DNA of 63,888 bases, filler included, from Octopus bimaculoides (GCF_001194135.2; 10 parts of 9 records of this genome joined end to end with filler, not necessarily neighbours in it), one strand, 5' to 3'. Counted from the first letter of the whole stretch, positions 34,870 to 48,581 are shown. Notes: generated by a model not told the origin, from the letters alone. A program made the numbers and translations.

Positions 34870-36367
34870 ATATATACATATATATATATATATANNNNNN
34901 NNNNNNNNNNNNNNNNNNNNNNNNNNNNNNNNNNNNNNTTAATTAATTAANNNNNNNNNNNNNNNNNNNNNNNNNNNNNNNNNNNNNNNNNNNNCCCTCC
35001 CTCTCTCCCCTCCCTCCCTCTCTCTATCCATCTTTTCTTCTTTGCTTTTCTTTTTTATACTCCATTACTCTAGATGTTGTTTCCTTTTCTTCTCTTCTGT
35101 TTTTCTTTTCCTTTCTGTTTTCTAGTCTCTCCTTCCCTCCCCCTCTCCTTTTTTCCCCTCTATCTCTCTCCTTTCACTGTCTCTTTCTCCTCCACACAAA
35201 CATGCACAGACAAACACACACACACAGACAAACACACACGCACACACAAATATGCTTACAAACAGACACACGTACACACAAACACATGAGCGCACTCACA
35301 CACATACACACAGGCACACACCCACACACACCCACACACACAGAGGTGCACACATTCACTCTATACGTTTTGACAAATGACTTACTGTTGAATAAGATTA
35401 CCAATAGGTCCTTTGTCACTTCTAATCAACTGGCTGTTTCTCTAGTCTTCTCTATGGTAATGCTTATTAGCCAGTACCCCCACCCTGTACCTACACAGCT
35501 GAACCTAACCTGTTGTAACATCTCTGAAGACATATTTTCACACTGATATTCAACTAATAGAAGAACAACAGCAGCAGCAACAACAACAACAACAACAAAA
35601 TCATTTTGTGAATCAATAATCTAAGAGTACATTCTAGCAGTTTTTTCAAGAATGTGTGTGGGGGGGGGAGACTAAATTTTGCTGTCATAAACAAATAGAT
35701 TGGATGAACATTCTCAGTAAGATCTTACCAAAGTGGAGGTCACAACCTAGTTTAGATTCCTACTTAGGAATCATTTCACTTTCTACACACAATGAATTAT
35801 AATGTATTGAAGAAGTCTTCAGTGTCAGGACTTTTCATTCTGAGCCACATTCCCTATAAATCTTAAAAAGCCTTGCCATTTTGTCAAAAGAAACTAGAGA
35901 TAAACAAACTCAGTGAATGAGTTTAGTGGACAATATGGCTGTATAGTGGACAGATTGATGGATTTGACCAGCAACAAAGCAATTAATATTCAGCTGTGGT
36001 GGAGTGAAGTCTCTTTAATTTTTTTTATTGTGTTTTTACACCCTACTAACCTTTTTTTTTTAAACTGAGGCTTTTGTTGTTGTTTATGTAGTTTGGTTTC
36101 TATTTCCAAAGGAAATGTCTGTATGTATGTGCGTCTGTCCTTTGTTTGCATTGCTAAAAGCCCCTTGGATTTTAGTACGGCTGAAAGAACAAGTGGTGTT
36201 TTTTATATCTGTTGAAACTGAAGTAAATTGAAATTGTAATAATGACTTCAACAAGCTGGGTTTTTCCATCAGGGACTTAAGGCCTCCATTGAGAAAAACT
36301 CCAACTGAGTTGAACTCATTTTTCATACCAAACAAATCACATTGTCATCAGAAGATTAATGTGTGTA

Positions 36368-36640
36368 GTGAAGGTGAGTGGCTTACTGGTTAGAGTATTT
36401 GGTTCACGACTGTAAGGCCATGAGTTCAATACCAAGCATGGCAGTGTGTCCTTGAGCAAGACACTTTATTTCATGTTGCTCCAGTCCATTCAGCTGGCAA
36501 AAATGAGTAGTACCTGTATTTCAAAGGGCCAGCCTTATCACACTCTGTGTCACATTGAATCCCCCCTGAGAACTACATTGAGGGTACACATGTCTGTGGA
36601 GTACTCAGCCACCTGCACGTTAATTTCACAAACAGACTTT
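36368..36640 (+). mobile_element. CORE-like SINE
   Basis: GTGGCTTACTGGTTAGAG head, GAGTTCAATACC B-box, GTGTCCTTGAGCAAGACACTTTATTTC core. Confidence 0.8.
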
Positions 36641-37102
36641 ATATCTCCTCTACAGTAAGACACCTGTTCCTGTCCCTCTTATCATACTTTGGCCTAAAAC
36701 TACCTCCCTCAATAGAACTGTCACTAGTACCAGTGCCATATTGAAAGATATCTGGTACACTTTGTGAGATGGTTGATGTTACGAAAGGCATCCAAGAGAA
36801 GAAACCATTCCCAAGCAAACATTGGAACTTGGCGCAATCCCCTGGTTCACCAGCTTTTGCCAAACCATCCAACCGATGCCAGTACGGAAAACAGACATTG
36901 GTGATGATGTATATAGATGTATAATTATACACATTTTAACGATTCCTGGCAATTTATTTCATTATTATTATTTTTTTGTTTTGTTTTTATTTATTTAATA
37001 ATTAGTCAATCGAGCAATAATTATTTTCTTTTTCCTTTTTCTGATGATTAAATTTACCTGTCGTGCCTTTCTTACACGTTTTCTTCTTTGTTTTATTTCC
37101 AG

Positions 37103-37185
37103 TTTCAACAGTGGGCACATGAATCTGACAAAGCTATGTTTCACATTATATGATTTCAAACAGCTGGTTCTAACTGTTAATGCAG
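37103..37185 (+). CDS. Candidate internal exon
   Basis: TTCTTCTTTGTTTTATTTCCAG acceptor, CAG|GTAATT donor; only the phase-2 frame is open (FNSGHMNLTKLCFTLYDFKQLVLTVNA). Confidence 0.4.
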
Positions 37186-37619
37186 GTAATTATATACAGC
37201 AGTTGCATATTATGTAGCCTTAGAAACAACACAACAGCAACAACAACGAAAATAATAATAATAATCATAATTATCATGATAATTCTCTTAACTATTTACT
37301 ACTTCATTTTGTTCATTTTATTGCCCCCACTCTTCCCCCTGCCTTCTCGTTTCGTAATAACAGTATTAATTTTAGGGAAGTCTTATGTTAGCCTTTTCAT
37401 ATTGGATCTAAAAGCTAATAATAGGTGGTTTACTGCATATTTCCCTGTCATCTACAAAACATTCTGTAGTTATTTTTCCTCCACTTTCATTCAAACCCTG
37501 TGTGTGTGTTTGCACATGCGCATGTAAATATCATCATTGTCATTTAACATCCACTTTCCATGCTGGCATGGGTAAGACAGAATAAATATATATATATGTA
37601 TATATATCGTTTCCAGCTT

Positions 37620-37850
37620 TGCCTTACAGGCACTTGTGCCGGTGGCATGTGAACAAAACATTGGACTGACTCCTGTGCAGGTGGCATGTAAAAAGCACCC
37701 ACTACACTCTCGGAGTGCTTGGCGTTAGGAAGGGCATCCAGCTGCAGAAACTCTGCCAAATCAGATTGGAGCCTGGTGTAGCCATCTGGTTCGCCAGTCC
37801 CCAGTCAAATCGTCCAACCCATGCTAACATGGAAAGCGGACGTTAAATGA

Positions 37851-37852
<2 letters not shown>
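37620..37852 (+). mobile_element. Family D SINE (V-like core, RTE-type tail)
   Basis: Near-identical to 16486-16725. Confidence 0.75.
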
Positions 37853-37923
<71 letters not shown>

Positions 37924-37926
<3 letters not shown>

Positions 37927-38460
37927 GGTGTGATGGGTAAATTGTTAGCATTTTATATTTCTAATTTCGTGCATGCGCATTGGTTTTGATTTTGTCGACT
38001 ACACAGTATTGTAGGTTCAGTTGGGCACCAACTGTGAGAAAAACAGCACCACGATGCAGTTCACTCTGCCAGAAATTTGGAAGTGACTTGCTGTACTGCT
38101 TGGCATTCATGCTGAAAGCTTTAATACGAACATTTCAGAGTGTTTGGGTGTCAATCTGAAGACATTGCAGAGGATTTGGAAAGAGTTGGATGTGTCTAAT
38201 GGTGATTACGAAGGTACGGCAGCTTGGAAGACTCACTGTGATTGTTCTGATGAGAAAAGAACTACTGAATTTGTTAGTGAGATCCAGGCCATGATTGACA
38301 ACGATCCCTCCAAGTCAATCAGGTTCATCACCAGGGACATGGGAGTGTCTAAGTTTTTGATCAGGCAGGTAGTGCATGAAGACATTTGGTATTCCTCATA
38401 CGAGATGAGACAGGACCAATTTTTAACCCAAGCCATCAAGGACAAAGAAAGCCTGTGCTA
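37924..38460 (+). mobile_element. Tc1/mariner (maT-like) 5' end inserted after (TA)n
   Basis: TA|CAGGGTGTGATGGG TIR; GVNLKTLQRIWKEL..RTTEFVSEIQAMIDNDPSKSIR..DMGVS DNA-binding region with stops. Confidence 0.75.
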
Positions 38461-41048
38461 CGAAGGTTTTTCTTTTTGTCAAAAATTAGGTTAAAAAAAT
38501 ATGGGAGTTTCTTATACATGGATAGTATTATAATCCCTTACAAAAGCTTTTATCCAAATTTCAAGCCCCCAAAATTAGGGTTATTGGTGTGATGTTGCAC
38601 CCCTTATATATGATATATATTGTTGGCACGCACGCACGCACACACACACGCACACACACACACCACCGGGACTGAACCTGAAACCACGTGGATGCAAAAT
38701 GAGCTTCTTAGCCACACAACCATGCCGCTGTCTTCCCTACAGACAGAATATCACTCCATTACTTATGAGAAATCACTCTGTAATAATCTCTCTTCTCTTT
38801 TCTTCTTTACTAAATTTACTACTGTAGCATCTACTTTCTCATTTCTTTGTTATTGTTCTTCTTTTGTTGTTGTTTTTTTTGTGGAAGGTAGGTGTTAGGT
38901 GGGGGGTGAGGGTGGGGCCCCCAAAATAAATGCTGCTTTTGTGGTTAAGTTAAATGCCTGTAGTCATGGTTGTGGTTTTAACTTAACTACTGGTTACGGT
39001 CATAGTTGGACATCTTGGTGTAGTTGTCGGTGGTGGTGGTGGTGATGATGATGTTTTTCTCGGTGCTAGTTGTAACGATTGTACTGGTGTGTGTGTGTAT
39101 GTGTGTCACATCAGTGATGATGATAATGGTATTAGTGGTCGTGGTGTTGAGTGATTCCTTCCCCCCCCCCGCCTCCAGCAGTGGTAGTTGTGGCTATAGT
39201 TTTATATTTCATGCTATTATTTGCATTGTAATGACTGCGGCGGTGAGGAATGTTTGAGGTGTTTTTAGAGCTGTAAATTGTGATGCGTTGTGTAATTATG
39301 AACGACTGCTCTTTTGCCTTCAAACTTTGTCTAAAAGTACATGCTGCCTGTTGGTGGCGGCGGCGGTAGTGCTTACTCGATGTTTGTGGGCAGTCACAGC
39401 AATGGAGTGTGTATATGTGCGAGCAAGGGAGATATTCAACAGTGGCAATAGTTGTGTGTTTGTGTGTGTGTGTGTGTGTGTGTTATTTAGTTCCAGGTCA
39501 AGTATGGTCAAGCAGATCAATGATCAAAGGCATTCCAGCTTTTGCCATTCCTGTCTTTCGTCCAGACACAGTCTGTCTGTCTACTTTGGTCTACACTGTC
39601 CAATGTGTTCTTTCCCTTTTGAAGATGTTACAGTATGTTTTGACATAATTTTGGCTGCTATTTCTAATAGGTTGCACAACCATGTGCTCTCCCTCCCTAC
39701 CTTGTGTATGTATGTATGTATGCATCTATGTATGTATGCGTGTACTTATGCATTTATTTATGTATGTATGTATGTATGCATCTATGTATGTATTTGTGTA
39801 CTTATGCATTTATGTATGTATGTATGCATATACAGACGTATAGTGTGATATGATGCATTTATTCAGCAATGCTAGCAACCCCCTTGCTTACAGCTTGTTG
39901 TTGTTGCTTCCCCCCTTGTAGTGAAGTGGGAGGCAGTGTGCTGTATGAGTTTTCCCTGTTAGTACACAGCTTCACTCTCACCAACACTCCTGGATACAGG
40001 CTTTCCTTCATGTGGCCACACACATTAATTAGTTGCATTGCAAGCCCCCTGGTTAAGGATCTCAGAGCAGCAATTGGCCCCAGAGATACCATGTGCAGCC
40101 CTACCCTGGTGAATGAGCCCCTACCATGATGCTTTGTGGGTGAGTTCAGAAAACAAAAATCTTGGGTAAAACATCTTAAGAGGTAAAGAAGCTGAGGTGA
40201 GCCGTTTTAAGACTGTTTCTGACAGACAAAATAATATCCAGCTGCCTCCTGCATTTGGGAGGAGGTTTTACTCATCTTCGGTCACCCTTTGCCCTGACAA
40301 TTAGCAGTCACTGCTTTGAGGGTTTTATAGATGAGTCCAGGAGGTCAAAATCTTGGATAGAACCACCTGAGGGGTAAAAGAAGCATTGGTCACCAATTTG
40401 TTTCTGGCAGGCAATATTTCCAGCAACTTCTTGCATTTATTGAGTAGATTTTCTCTAGCCCGATGCCCTTCCTGTCGCCAACCCCAACTGCTTTCAAATA
40501 AGGCGAGATTTTGCAATAGCCAGGCAACTGCTTGTAGAATGCTGGAAATGAATGACACTGCTTTTATGACAGTGACATTCATTTACGACTATCACACGAT
40601 ATGAAGACAAGCAGACACAAACGCACGCACTCAGCGATTAGAGAATCAGGCTTACAGTCATGTGGTTGTGAGTTCAATTCCCAGACCAGGCTGTGTGTTG
40701 TGTTCTTGAGCAGGCCACTTTATTTCATGCTGTTCCATTTCACTCAGCTGTAGAAATGAGTTGCGATGTCACTGGTGCGTGCATGTGTATACATCAGGCT
40801 TCTTTCAGTTTCTATCTCACAAATCCACCCACAAAGGCTTTCGTCCACTTCGGGCTAACACTTTCTCCCCCCAAAGTGTCATGCAGTAGGATTGAACCTG
40901 GACCCATGTGTCTGGCAAACAAACTTCTTAACCCTACAGCTACGTTTGTGGGTGTGTGTCTGTATAACTATAAATCTGTAAAACCCTCTTCCACTATTTT
41001 GCTACTATAATAAAATCACATTTCTTTCTAACCCCGCGACCCTTACAG

Positions 41049-41133
41049 AATACCTTCTGGTTTGCCTTGCTGTGCTGCCCATCTTCTCATGAGGGTGATG
41101 TATGGTCCTGGACCAATAGGATTACCGCTTCAG
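41049..41133 (+). CDS. Candidate internal exon with consensus splice signals
   Basis: CTAAC branch point, CCCTTACAG acceptor, CAG|GTAAGT donor; two open frames (IPSGLPCCAAHLLMRVMYGPGPIGLPLQ or NTFWFALLCCPSSHEGDVWSWTNRITAS). Confidence 0.55.
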
Positions 41134-41169
41134 GTAAGTCATATTTTACACTTTGGATTTCATTCGTTA

Positions 41170-41206
<37 letters not shown>

Positions 41207-41947
41207 ATGAATGGACTACCATAACACTGAAGAAGGTAAGAATCTTGTTGCACCTGCAACTCTGGTGCCACTAATAACCTTGATGTTGTTATTGTTGTTT
41301 GTTAGCCATGAGTCAACTCTAAACGTACATTCCAATCTTCTCTTGGGTATTTATGTATTGTAGACAACATCTGACATTATCCAAAGTTTCCCTCCTTTTC
41401 CCAGATGACAGAGTGTTATTTGACAGGGGTTGGCCTGCTATTTTTAGCAGGTCGTGGGACCAGATACACAGTCACTCATTTAGTGGTCTTGAGAAAGATG
41501 AAGACATGTTTCTTGGATTATGAGTTCTTGCTCTGCGGATACATATTTCCAGTTTTCTTCTGTACCATGTGAATTCAAGATAAATATTCCTTCACCCGTG
41601 GATAGTGTCATTTAACTTCTATTTCCAGCAGATCAAATGATTATATAGAAGAGGTTCTCTCAAGCAGGTGTAATTCTGTTTCTCTATCCCTTGTCTCTCT
41701 GTCTCACAAAGCATTGGTTGACCCCTGGGGTTACATAGAAGACACTTTCCCCAAGGTGCTGCACAGTGGGATTGAACCCAAAACGATATGGTTGCAAAGT
41801 GAACACTTTGAATCATATATAGTTGTCCCAATGCCCGTGTGGAGTAGTAACTTAAAAAAAAAACAAAATAGCAATTTTTGAAATATTAGCAAGAAAGAGG
41901 ACATCCAATAACCACATAGTTAACAGTTTTAATAATGTGGATATAGA

Positions 41948-42105
41948 TGCAGGCCGGGCTGTGTGGCAAGAAGCTTGCTTCCCAACCACATGGTTCCTGG
42001 TTCAGTCCCACTGCATGACATCTTGGGCAAGTGTCTTCTACTATAGCCTCGGGCTGACCAAAGACTTGTGAGTGGATTTGATAGACAGAAACTGAAAGAA
42101 GCCTG
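41948..42105 (+). mobile_element. Family B SINE, full length
   Basis: Same head and core as 441-540, with the complete tail. Confidence 0.85.
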
Positions 42106-42796
42106 TTGTGTGTGTGTGTGTGTGTCTGTATAGATATGTATGTATGTGTGTGTGTGTCTGTATAGATATGTGTGTGTATATGTATATATATATATATATG
42201 TGTGTGTGTGTATATCTTATGCGTGCCTTTTCTTCATTGGACACTAAACTCTGCTTGCGAAGACCTGTTGAGGCAAGTGAAATCATANNNNNNNNNNNNN
42301 NNNNNNNNNNNNNNNNNNNNNNNNNNNNNNNTTAATTAATTAANNNNNNNNNNNNNNNNNNNNNNNNNNNNNNNNNNNNNNNNNNNNACACACACACACA
42401 CCTCAAATCAGATCACAATTAATGTATAATAAAATTGTCTTCTAATCAAGTCACTGAGCGATGATTCCCCCCACCCACCTTTGGACACAAGTTTAAAGAA
42501 ATACGAGGACAAATTAAAGGGAGATAATTCTCAGCGACATTTTTCATATAAAATGATGAACGCCCTTGTTTGACTACAAAATTAAAGCTGAAATTCTCTA
42601 TTTACGACTGTTTTGTCTCTTATGAAGGTGAGAGGCAGCTACCACAGGATTTCATCATCTGATACATACCGAAACAGTGAAACCCAACAATATTTGTTTA
42701 TGTCTGCGCTATTGCTTTTTCTCTAGTATATATTTTATCGCAATAATTATTTCTGTATTAGGTTCATCCTTTAACTGTTCTGATTTTCTTTTTTAG

Positions 42797-42894
42797 TTCA
42801 AGTATCGCCATGTTCGTCTAACCATTCCAACCTTCGTGAGCCAATAATACGTAGTACCGTTTGAGTACTGGAATCGATTTAATATTCCTCTCAG
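42797..42894 (+). other. Exon-like segment with a single in-frame TAA
   Basis: TTTTCTTTTTTAG acceptor, CAG|GTAACC donor; frame 0 reads FKYRHVRLTIPTFVSQ*YVVPFEYWNRFNIPL; the other frames also stop. Confidence 0.35.
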
Positions 42895-44489
42895 GTAACC
42901 GNNNNNNNNNNAGTACCGTTTGAGTACTGGAATCGATTTAATATTCCTCTCAGGTAACCGAGGTGTGAATGAAATTAGAACAAAACAATATGTATCTAAG
43001 TTGTGACGTTCCTTAGATAGAAACGATAAAAAAAAATCTAAAAAGCTGGATAGACAACGGTTCCCATATTTGGCGTGGTGCTGCTGCTACACACAAAAAT
43101 GTTGCAGACCACGTCTAAGAAGACTGCTACTTGACAGTTATGAAATCGTTTGTCATTAAAGTAACCAAAAGATTCTCAATTCTTTTTTCCAATTATCCCT
43201 GTCATTTTTTTGGAAGTAAATTTACTCAATTTATTTTCTGCCATCACTTAAGTTTACACTTTTACCATAATAAAACANNNNNNNNNNATTTATTTTCTGC
43301 CATCACTTAAGTTTACACTTTTACCATAATAAAACAACCAGCTCTATAAGCTCATGCCGACACCTGCAACTATTGATTCTAAGTGAACAATCAGTTTATA
43401 ACAAAATTCCAGTGNNNNNNNNNNNNNNNNNNNNNNNNNNNNNNNNNNNNNNNNNNNNNNNNNNNNNNNNNNNNNNNNNNNNNNNNNNNNNNNNNNNNNN
43501 NNNNNNNNNNNNNNNNNNNNNNNNNNNNNNNNNNNNNNNNNNNNNNNNNNNNNNNNNNNNNNNNNNNNNNNNNNNNNNNNNNNNNNNNNNNNNNNNNNNN
43601 NNNNNNNNNNNNNNNNNNNNNNNNNNNNNNNNNNNNNNNNNNNNNNNNNNNNNNNNNNNNNNNNNNNNNNNNNNNNNNNNNNNNNATGATGACGATGACA
43701 GTGTGGTTAGCTAACTTGTAGGTGAAGTGTTCAAACTTTAATAGTCATTCTGTTGTGCCCATGAGCAAGGCATATGACCTGATCACCAACAGTCAAATAA
43801 CAGTCCTCACCTACCCATTTCTTTTCACAATGGAAGAGATTCAGTCAACAGTTGGAAGGATACCAGCTCTGATAATCATTCCTCCAGAAAAATTGTCCAA
43901 TCATTCTGACGTCACAGATTTCAAACAAAAAAAATTTAAATAAATAGGAATGACTTCTGCCAGAGACCTGGTCCCATATTCAAGGGGTGGGGATAGGAGT
44001 GTNNNNNNNNNNNNNNNNNNNNNNNNNNNNNNNNNNNNNNNNNNNNNNNNNNNNNNNNNNNNNNNNNNNNNNNNNNNNNNNNNNNNNNNNNNNNNNNNNN
44101 NNNNNNNNNNNNNNNNNNNNNNNNNNNNNNNNNNNNNNNNNNNNNNNNNNNNNNNNNNNNNNNNNNNNNNNNNNNNNNNNNNNNNNNNNNNNNNNNNNNN
44201 NNNNNNNNNNNNNNNNNNNNNNNTGTAATACATTAGATATTAACAGATACACTCACCTCACCAGCATATGATACTAAAGGTGATATCTCACAGACAGGTG
44301 TGTTCTGAATATTATCACTACAATATAAAAAATATTTAATATCTCAAGAATTTCATAGAAACAAATATTTCATCATCATCATTTTATTAATTAAATCCAA
44401 AAATAAAGTCTCTTTAAGGTTTTCTGTAATTGAGGATTAAAATCAAATTGTGGATTTCACTAGATATAGATATATTACTNNNNNNNNNN

Positions 44490-44720
44490 TTCTACTCTAG
44501 GAACAAGGTCTGAAATTTTGGTGGAGTGGACCAGTCAATTAGATCAACTCCCGTATGCAACTGGTACTTTATTGATCCCAAAAGGATGAAAGCAAAGTCA
44601 ACCTTGGTGGAATTTNNNNNNNNNNAGTCAACCTTGGTGGAATTTGAACTCAGAATGTAAAGACTGACGAAATACCTCTAAGCATTTCACCCAGCGTGCT
44701 AACAATTATGCCAGCTCCCT
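44490..44720 (-). mobile_element. Family A SINE spanning a 10-N gap
   Basis: Tail, core and head match family A; AGTCAACCTTGGTGGAATTT is duplicated across the gap. Confidence 0.75.
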
Positions 44721-45263
44721 TGATATAAATATATTATTGCATCACCTATGCATGAACATGGTGCCATATGCAACACTGCTGCAATATGTACAACAATACT
44801 GATTCATTGTATTATTTTACTCAAAATTTAGTATTAGGGAAATCGAAATTAAGATTTTCTTTCAAAGTAATCATCTATCTACTTTCTGAAGTGGACCAGA
44901 CATGCTTGAGTTGCTCAGTATTAAAAATCCCCATCAGTGTGTTTTTAGCTCATGTTGTAGTTTCAACAGAATTGCAAAGTACCAAATTCCCATTCATCTA
45001 TGTCAGCAGTTCCCCAGTTTATTCTGGTGTGGAATTATCATNNNNNNNNNNNNNNNNNNNNNNNNNNNNNNNNNNNNNNNNNNNNTTAATTAATTAANNN
45101 NNNNNNNNNNNNNNNNNNNNNNNNNNNNNNNNNNNNNNNNNCTATCTCCGTTCACACACACATATATACACACACACACTTATATGGACTCATCCATATA
45201 TGCATAATTACACATACACAAACATACATGAGACATCATGTTGTACTACCTCACATCCTAAGA

Positions 45264-45760
45264 TCAGTTATACCAACGAAACGTACTTCTTATGATATGC
45301 GTACATTTCAGAGCATTATTCTTTACTTTGTTGATTAATTTATCCTTAGAGAAGAGTATGTAGTATAGTTCTACCGTACAGAGCGAACAATACTTTCTTC
45401 CTCTCTCATGTGGCATTGATCTTGCTATTATAGACCATTCTAATGAATACTGTTTATTNNNNNNNNNNNNNNNNNNNNNNNNNNNNNNNNNNNNNNNNNN
45501 NNNNNNNNNNNNNNNNNNNNNNNNNNNNNNNNNNNNNNNNNNNNNNNNNNNNNNNNNNNNNNNNNNNNNNNNNNNNNNNNNNNNNNNNNNNNNNNNNNNN
45601 NNNNNNNNNNNNNNNNNNNNNNNNNNNNNNNNNNNNNNNNNNNNNNNNNNNNNNAACAGTACTTGTAGTATAGCTCCATTCCAGCAGTAAACGTCCATGT
45701 AAAGAATCCTTAGTGGTATTTTCCGGAGATAATTTTAGTGGCAAAGGTGGATATATATCA
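45264..45760 (-). mobile_element. Penelope-like GIY-YIG C-terminal fragment
   Basis: QYSLEWSII..YCSLCTVELYYIL..LINK..KCTH; centre in a gap. Confidence 0.75.
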
Positions 45761-46824
45761 TATTGTATCCAGAGTACTCTGTGCGTTGTTTACTCAAAGG
45801 ATAGCCCAAATCAAGTGAGCGATGTGTGTAGGGTTAAGAGGTCAAGCCCTAAGACAGGAAGGAAGGGGGGAAGAAGTAAGTGAGAAATATGGTTGATAGT
45901 AGTATGCAGTCGTACGGTCAGTTATACTGACAAGAAGGAAGGAAGAAGGAGAGGGAGCAAAAGGAAGAAGGAGAGGGAGCAAAAGGAAGAATATGGGGGT
46001 GGAAGGATAAGTTTAGTAAAGAAATGGTAATCTAGAGAGAAGGAATGTGGGGAGGTAATGTGGAGAGGTATTTATAATTGTGTATAGTTTCAGGATATGA
46101 AGGAACCTGTAAGTGGTGATGGTGTTGGTGGCTTTCGAAGAACAGAGTTAGTAGTGATATATTCTAAAAATAGGTATTTGCAAGTTCGATACGCACGAGA
46201 TAGTAAAGTACATTTTACACCAAGACGACGACGACGTCACATATATGAGTGTGTATGTGTCTGTGAGTGCTTGTGTGTGGATGTATGAGTGTGCATGTCT
46301 CTCTGCCTGTGTGTGTGTTTCCACCTTAAGCAGTTATTAAGCACACACACACACTTCTACACATACATATATACATGCGACGACTGATATACTTGAATGT
46401 ATGTGTCTCTCTTACTATATTATGTGACTGTATATGAGAGTGTATGTGAGCGTATCTTCACATCTCGTATATGAATGCATACCTGTCTGTGAGTTTATTT
46501 GTCTTTTTGCACCCGTTATTTACGCTATCCAACATATATACATCTACACAAATACATATGTGACGAGTACGGCTGGAAGTGAAACTTTTGAGAAAAAAAT
46601 AATTACGTATATAACGATACACATATACTGTTCAATTAACAGTTCATAATTATTGCAGCAGTTGCAATGTTGCAAGGTAATTCAATTTGCTTATATTTGA
46701 TGAATTTACACTGCATCAAAAACAAAAATATACACATACTACAAACATACAACTGCTTACAAAAATAGAGATTGATGTATATGTTTTCTATATTCATAAA
46801 TTTTGTTTAAAATATTGAAAAAAT

Positions 46825-47085
46825 ACGCCACCAAAGAGAAAACGTAATTTCTCCAGAAACACATATAAACCAAAGAGGAGTGCAGAAGACCGAAGACGAG
46901 GGTCCCCAGAGATAAGGGACTTGAGACTTCATCAAGATCAGCAAAGGCCTGCTGCAGCACGTCACATGGAATCTCAATACAGAAGGGGGAAGGGCCATGA
47001 CACTTTCTGAAGATCACTAATAGCATGCTGCAGCACGTCAAATATAGTCTGAAGAGAGAACAGAGAGGATACTTTCTCAACATCA
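46825..47085 (+). mobile_element. Possible Helitron Rep/Hel N-terminal fragment
   Basis: (T)PPKRKRNFSRNT..RLHQDQQRPAAARHMES.. then a repeated HAAARQI.SEERTERILSQ unit; resembles the R/E-rich N-terminal repeats of animal Helitron ORFs (recollection, not searched). Confidence 0.35.
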
Positions 47086-48052
47086 GCAAATTCCTTAGTA
47101 GTGATGAGAGCGTTGAAGATGAAGAAGGTAGAGGAAGGTCATGTAGTCTTGACAATGAAAAAATTGAAAGCAATTGTTAAGCAAAACCCACGTCAAATTG
47201 TCAGATGAATCTCTGAGGCACTTGGTGTCGGTAAGGCAACAGTCTCACGCAATCTGCAGACGATTGATAATGTGAAGAAGTTCAATAAATTGGTACTGCA
47301 TGAGCTCAATGAAAATCAAAATGTTCGGCGATTTGAAGTGTACTCGATACTCTATCTGCGAAATACCAATTATCCTTTTCTTGACCGAATAGTCACTTTT
47401 GACGAAACTCGGATCCTTTATGATAACCGTATACGATCAGGTCAATATCTTGAGCGTGATGAGTCCCCCAGACATCTCTCAAAGCCAAAGTTGCATCAGC
47501 AAAAAATTTAGGTAACTGTTTGGTAGTCTGCAATTGGTGTTGTTCATTACACCTTTCTGCAAGCCAATCAGAGCCTTATAGCAGAGGTTTACTGCAATAT
47601 ACTCGCTGAAATGTATGCTCACTTGCAAAAATGAGACCTGCATTGGTGATCGGCGTAGCTCAATCCTACTCTACGGTAATACAAAGCCACATGTTGTAAG
47701 AATGAGGCTGCAGAAACTCACAGACTTGAGATACGAGACTTTACCACATCTTCCAAATTCTCCTGATCTTTCACCCACTGTCTACCATTTTTAAGCATCT
47801 AAACACGTTTTTAATTGATAAAACTTTCAGCGCCAAACCAGAGGTGGAATCAGATTTTAAACATTTCATAGCATCAAAACGAATAAGTTTTTCTTTTTTT
47901 TTTATCAATGAAGCATAAATAATCTTGTTGATCAATGGTAGAGATGCACAGATGTTCACGGCTCATTATTTGACCAATCAAAACGTTTCTATTAATTTTT
48001 CCAGAATAAAATTATGTTCCTAAAATCGGCCATTATTTTCGAAACACCCTCA
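47086..48052 (+). mobile_element. Mariner (DD34D) transposon, 5' truncated pseudogene
   Basis: FLDRIVTFDETRILYDN..KPKLHQ..SPDLSPTVYHF; 3' TIR CCATTATTTTCGAAACACCCTCA|TA. Confidence 0.9.
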
Positions 48053-48310
48053 TATATATATANNNNNNNNNNNNNNNNNNNNNNNNNNNNNNNNNNNNNN
48101 NNNNNNTTAATTAATTAANNNNNNNNNNNNNNNNNNNNNNNNNNNNNNNNNNNNNNNNNNNNATATTTAATAAAAATACTATTTTTTGTAATGGGGAGAT
48201 ATTTATACATAAAAATGTTTTGTGAGCCAATTCGATCCAATAAAAATTCCCTTTGACTTTTAAATATACCTTTCTTTTGCTTTTCAATGCTTCACATTTT
48301 CTAAATCTTT

Positions 48311-48330
48311 TTGTTGTTGTTGTTGTTGCG

Positions 48331-48396
<66 letters not shown>

Positions 48397-48455
48397 GTAG
48401 TTGTTATAATGATAATTATTATTACTGTTATTATTATTATTAGCGTTAACATTAA

Positions 48456-48499
<44 letters not shown>

Positions 48500-48531
48500 T
48501 TAATAATAATAATAATAATAATAATGATATT

Positions 48532-48581
<50 letters not shown>

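Noticed and set aside
36084-36335. 83-aa minus-strand ORF and overlapping 45-codon plus-strand frame
   Set aside because: No family motif and ambiguous splice sites; cannot be supported on either strand.
42851-42960. Direct repeats across 10-N gaps (also about 43229-43337 and 44576-44645)
   Set aside because: Exact duplicates on either side of a short gap are unmerged contig overlaps.
46757-47173. 138-aa minus-strand ORF
   Set aside because: Antisense shadow of the Helitron-like and mariner remnants.
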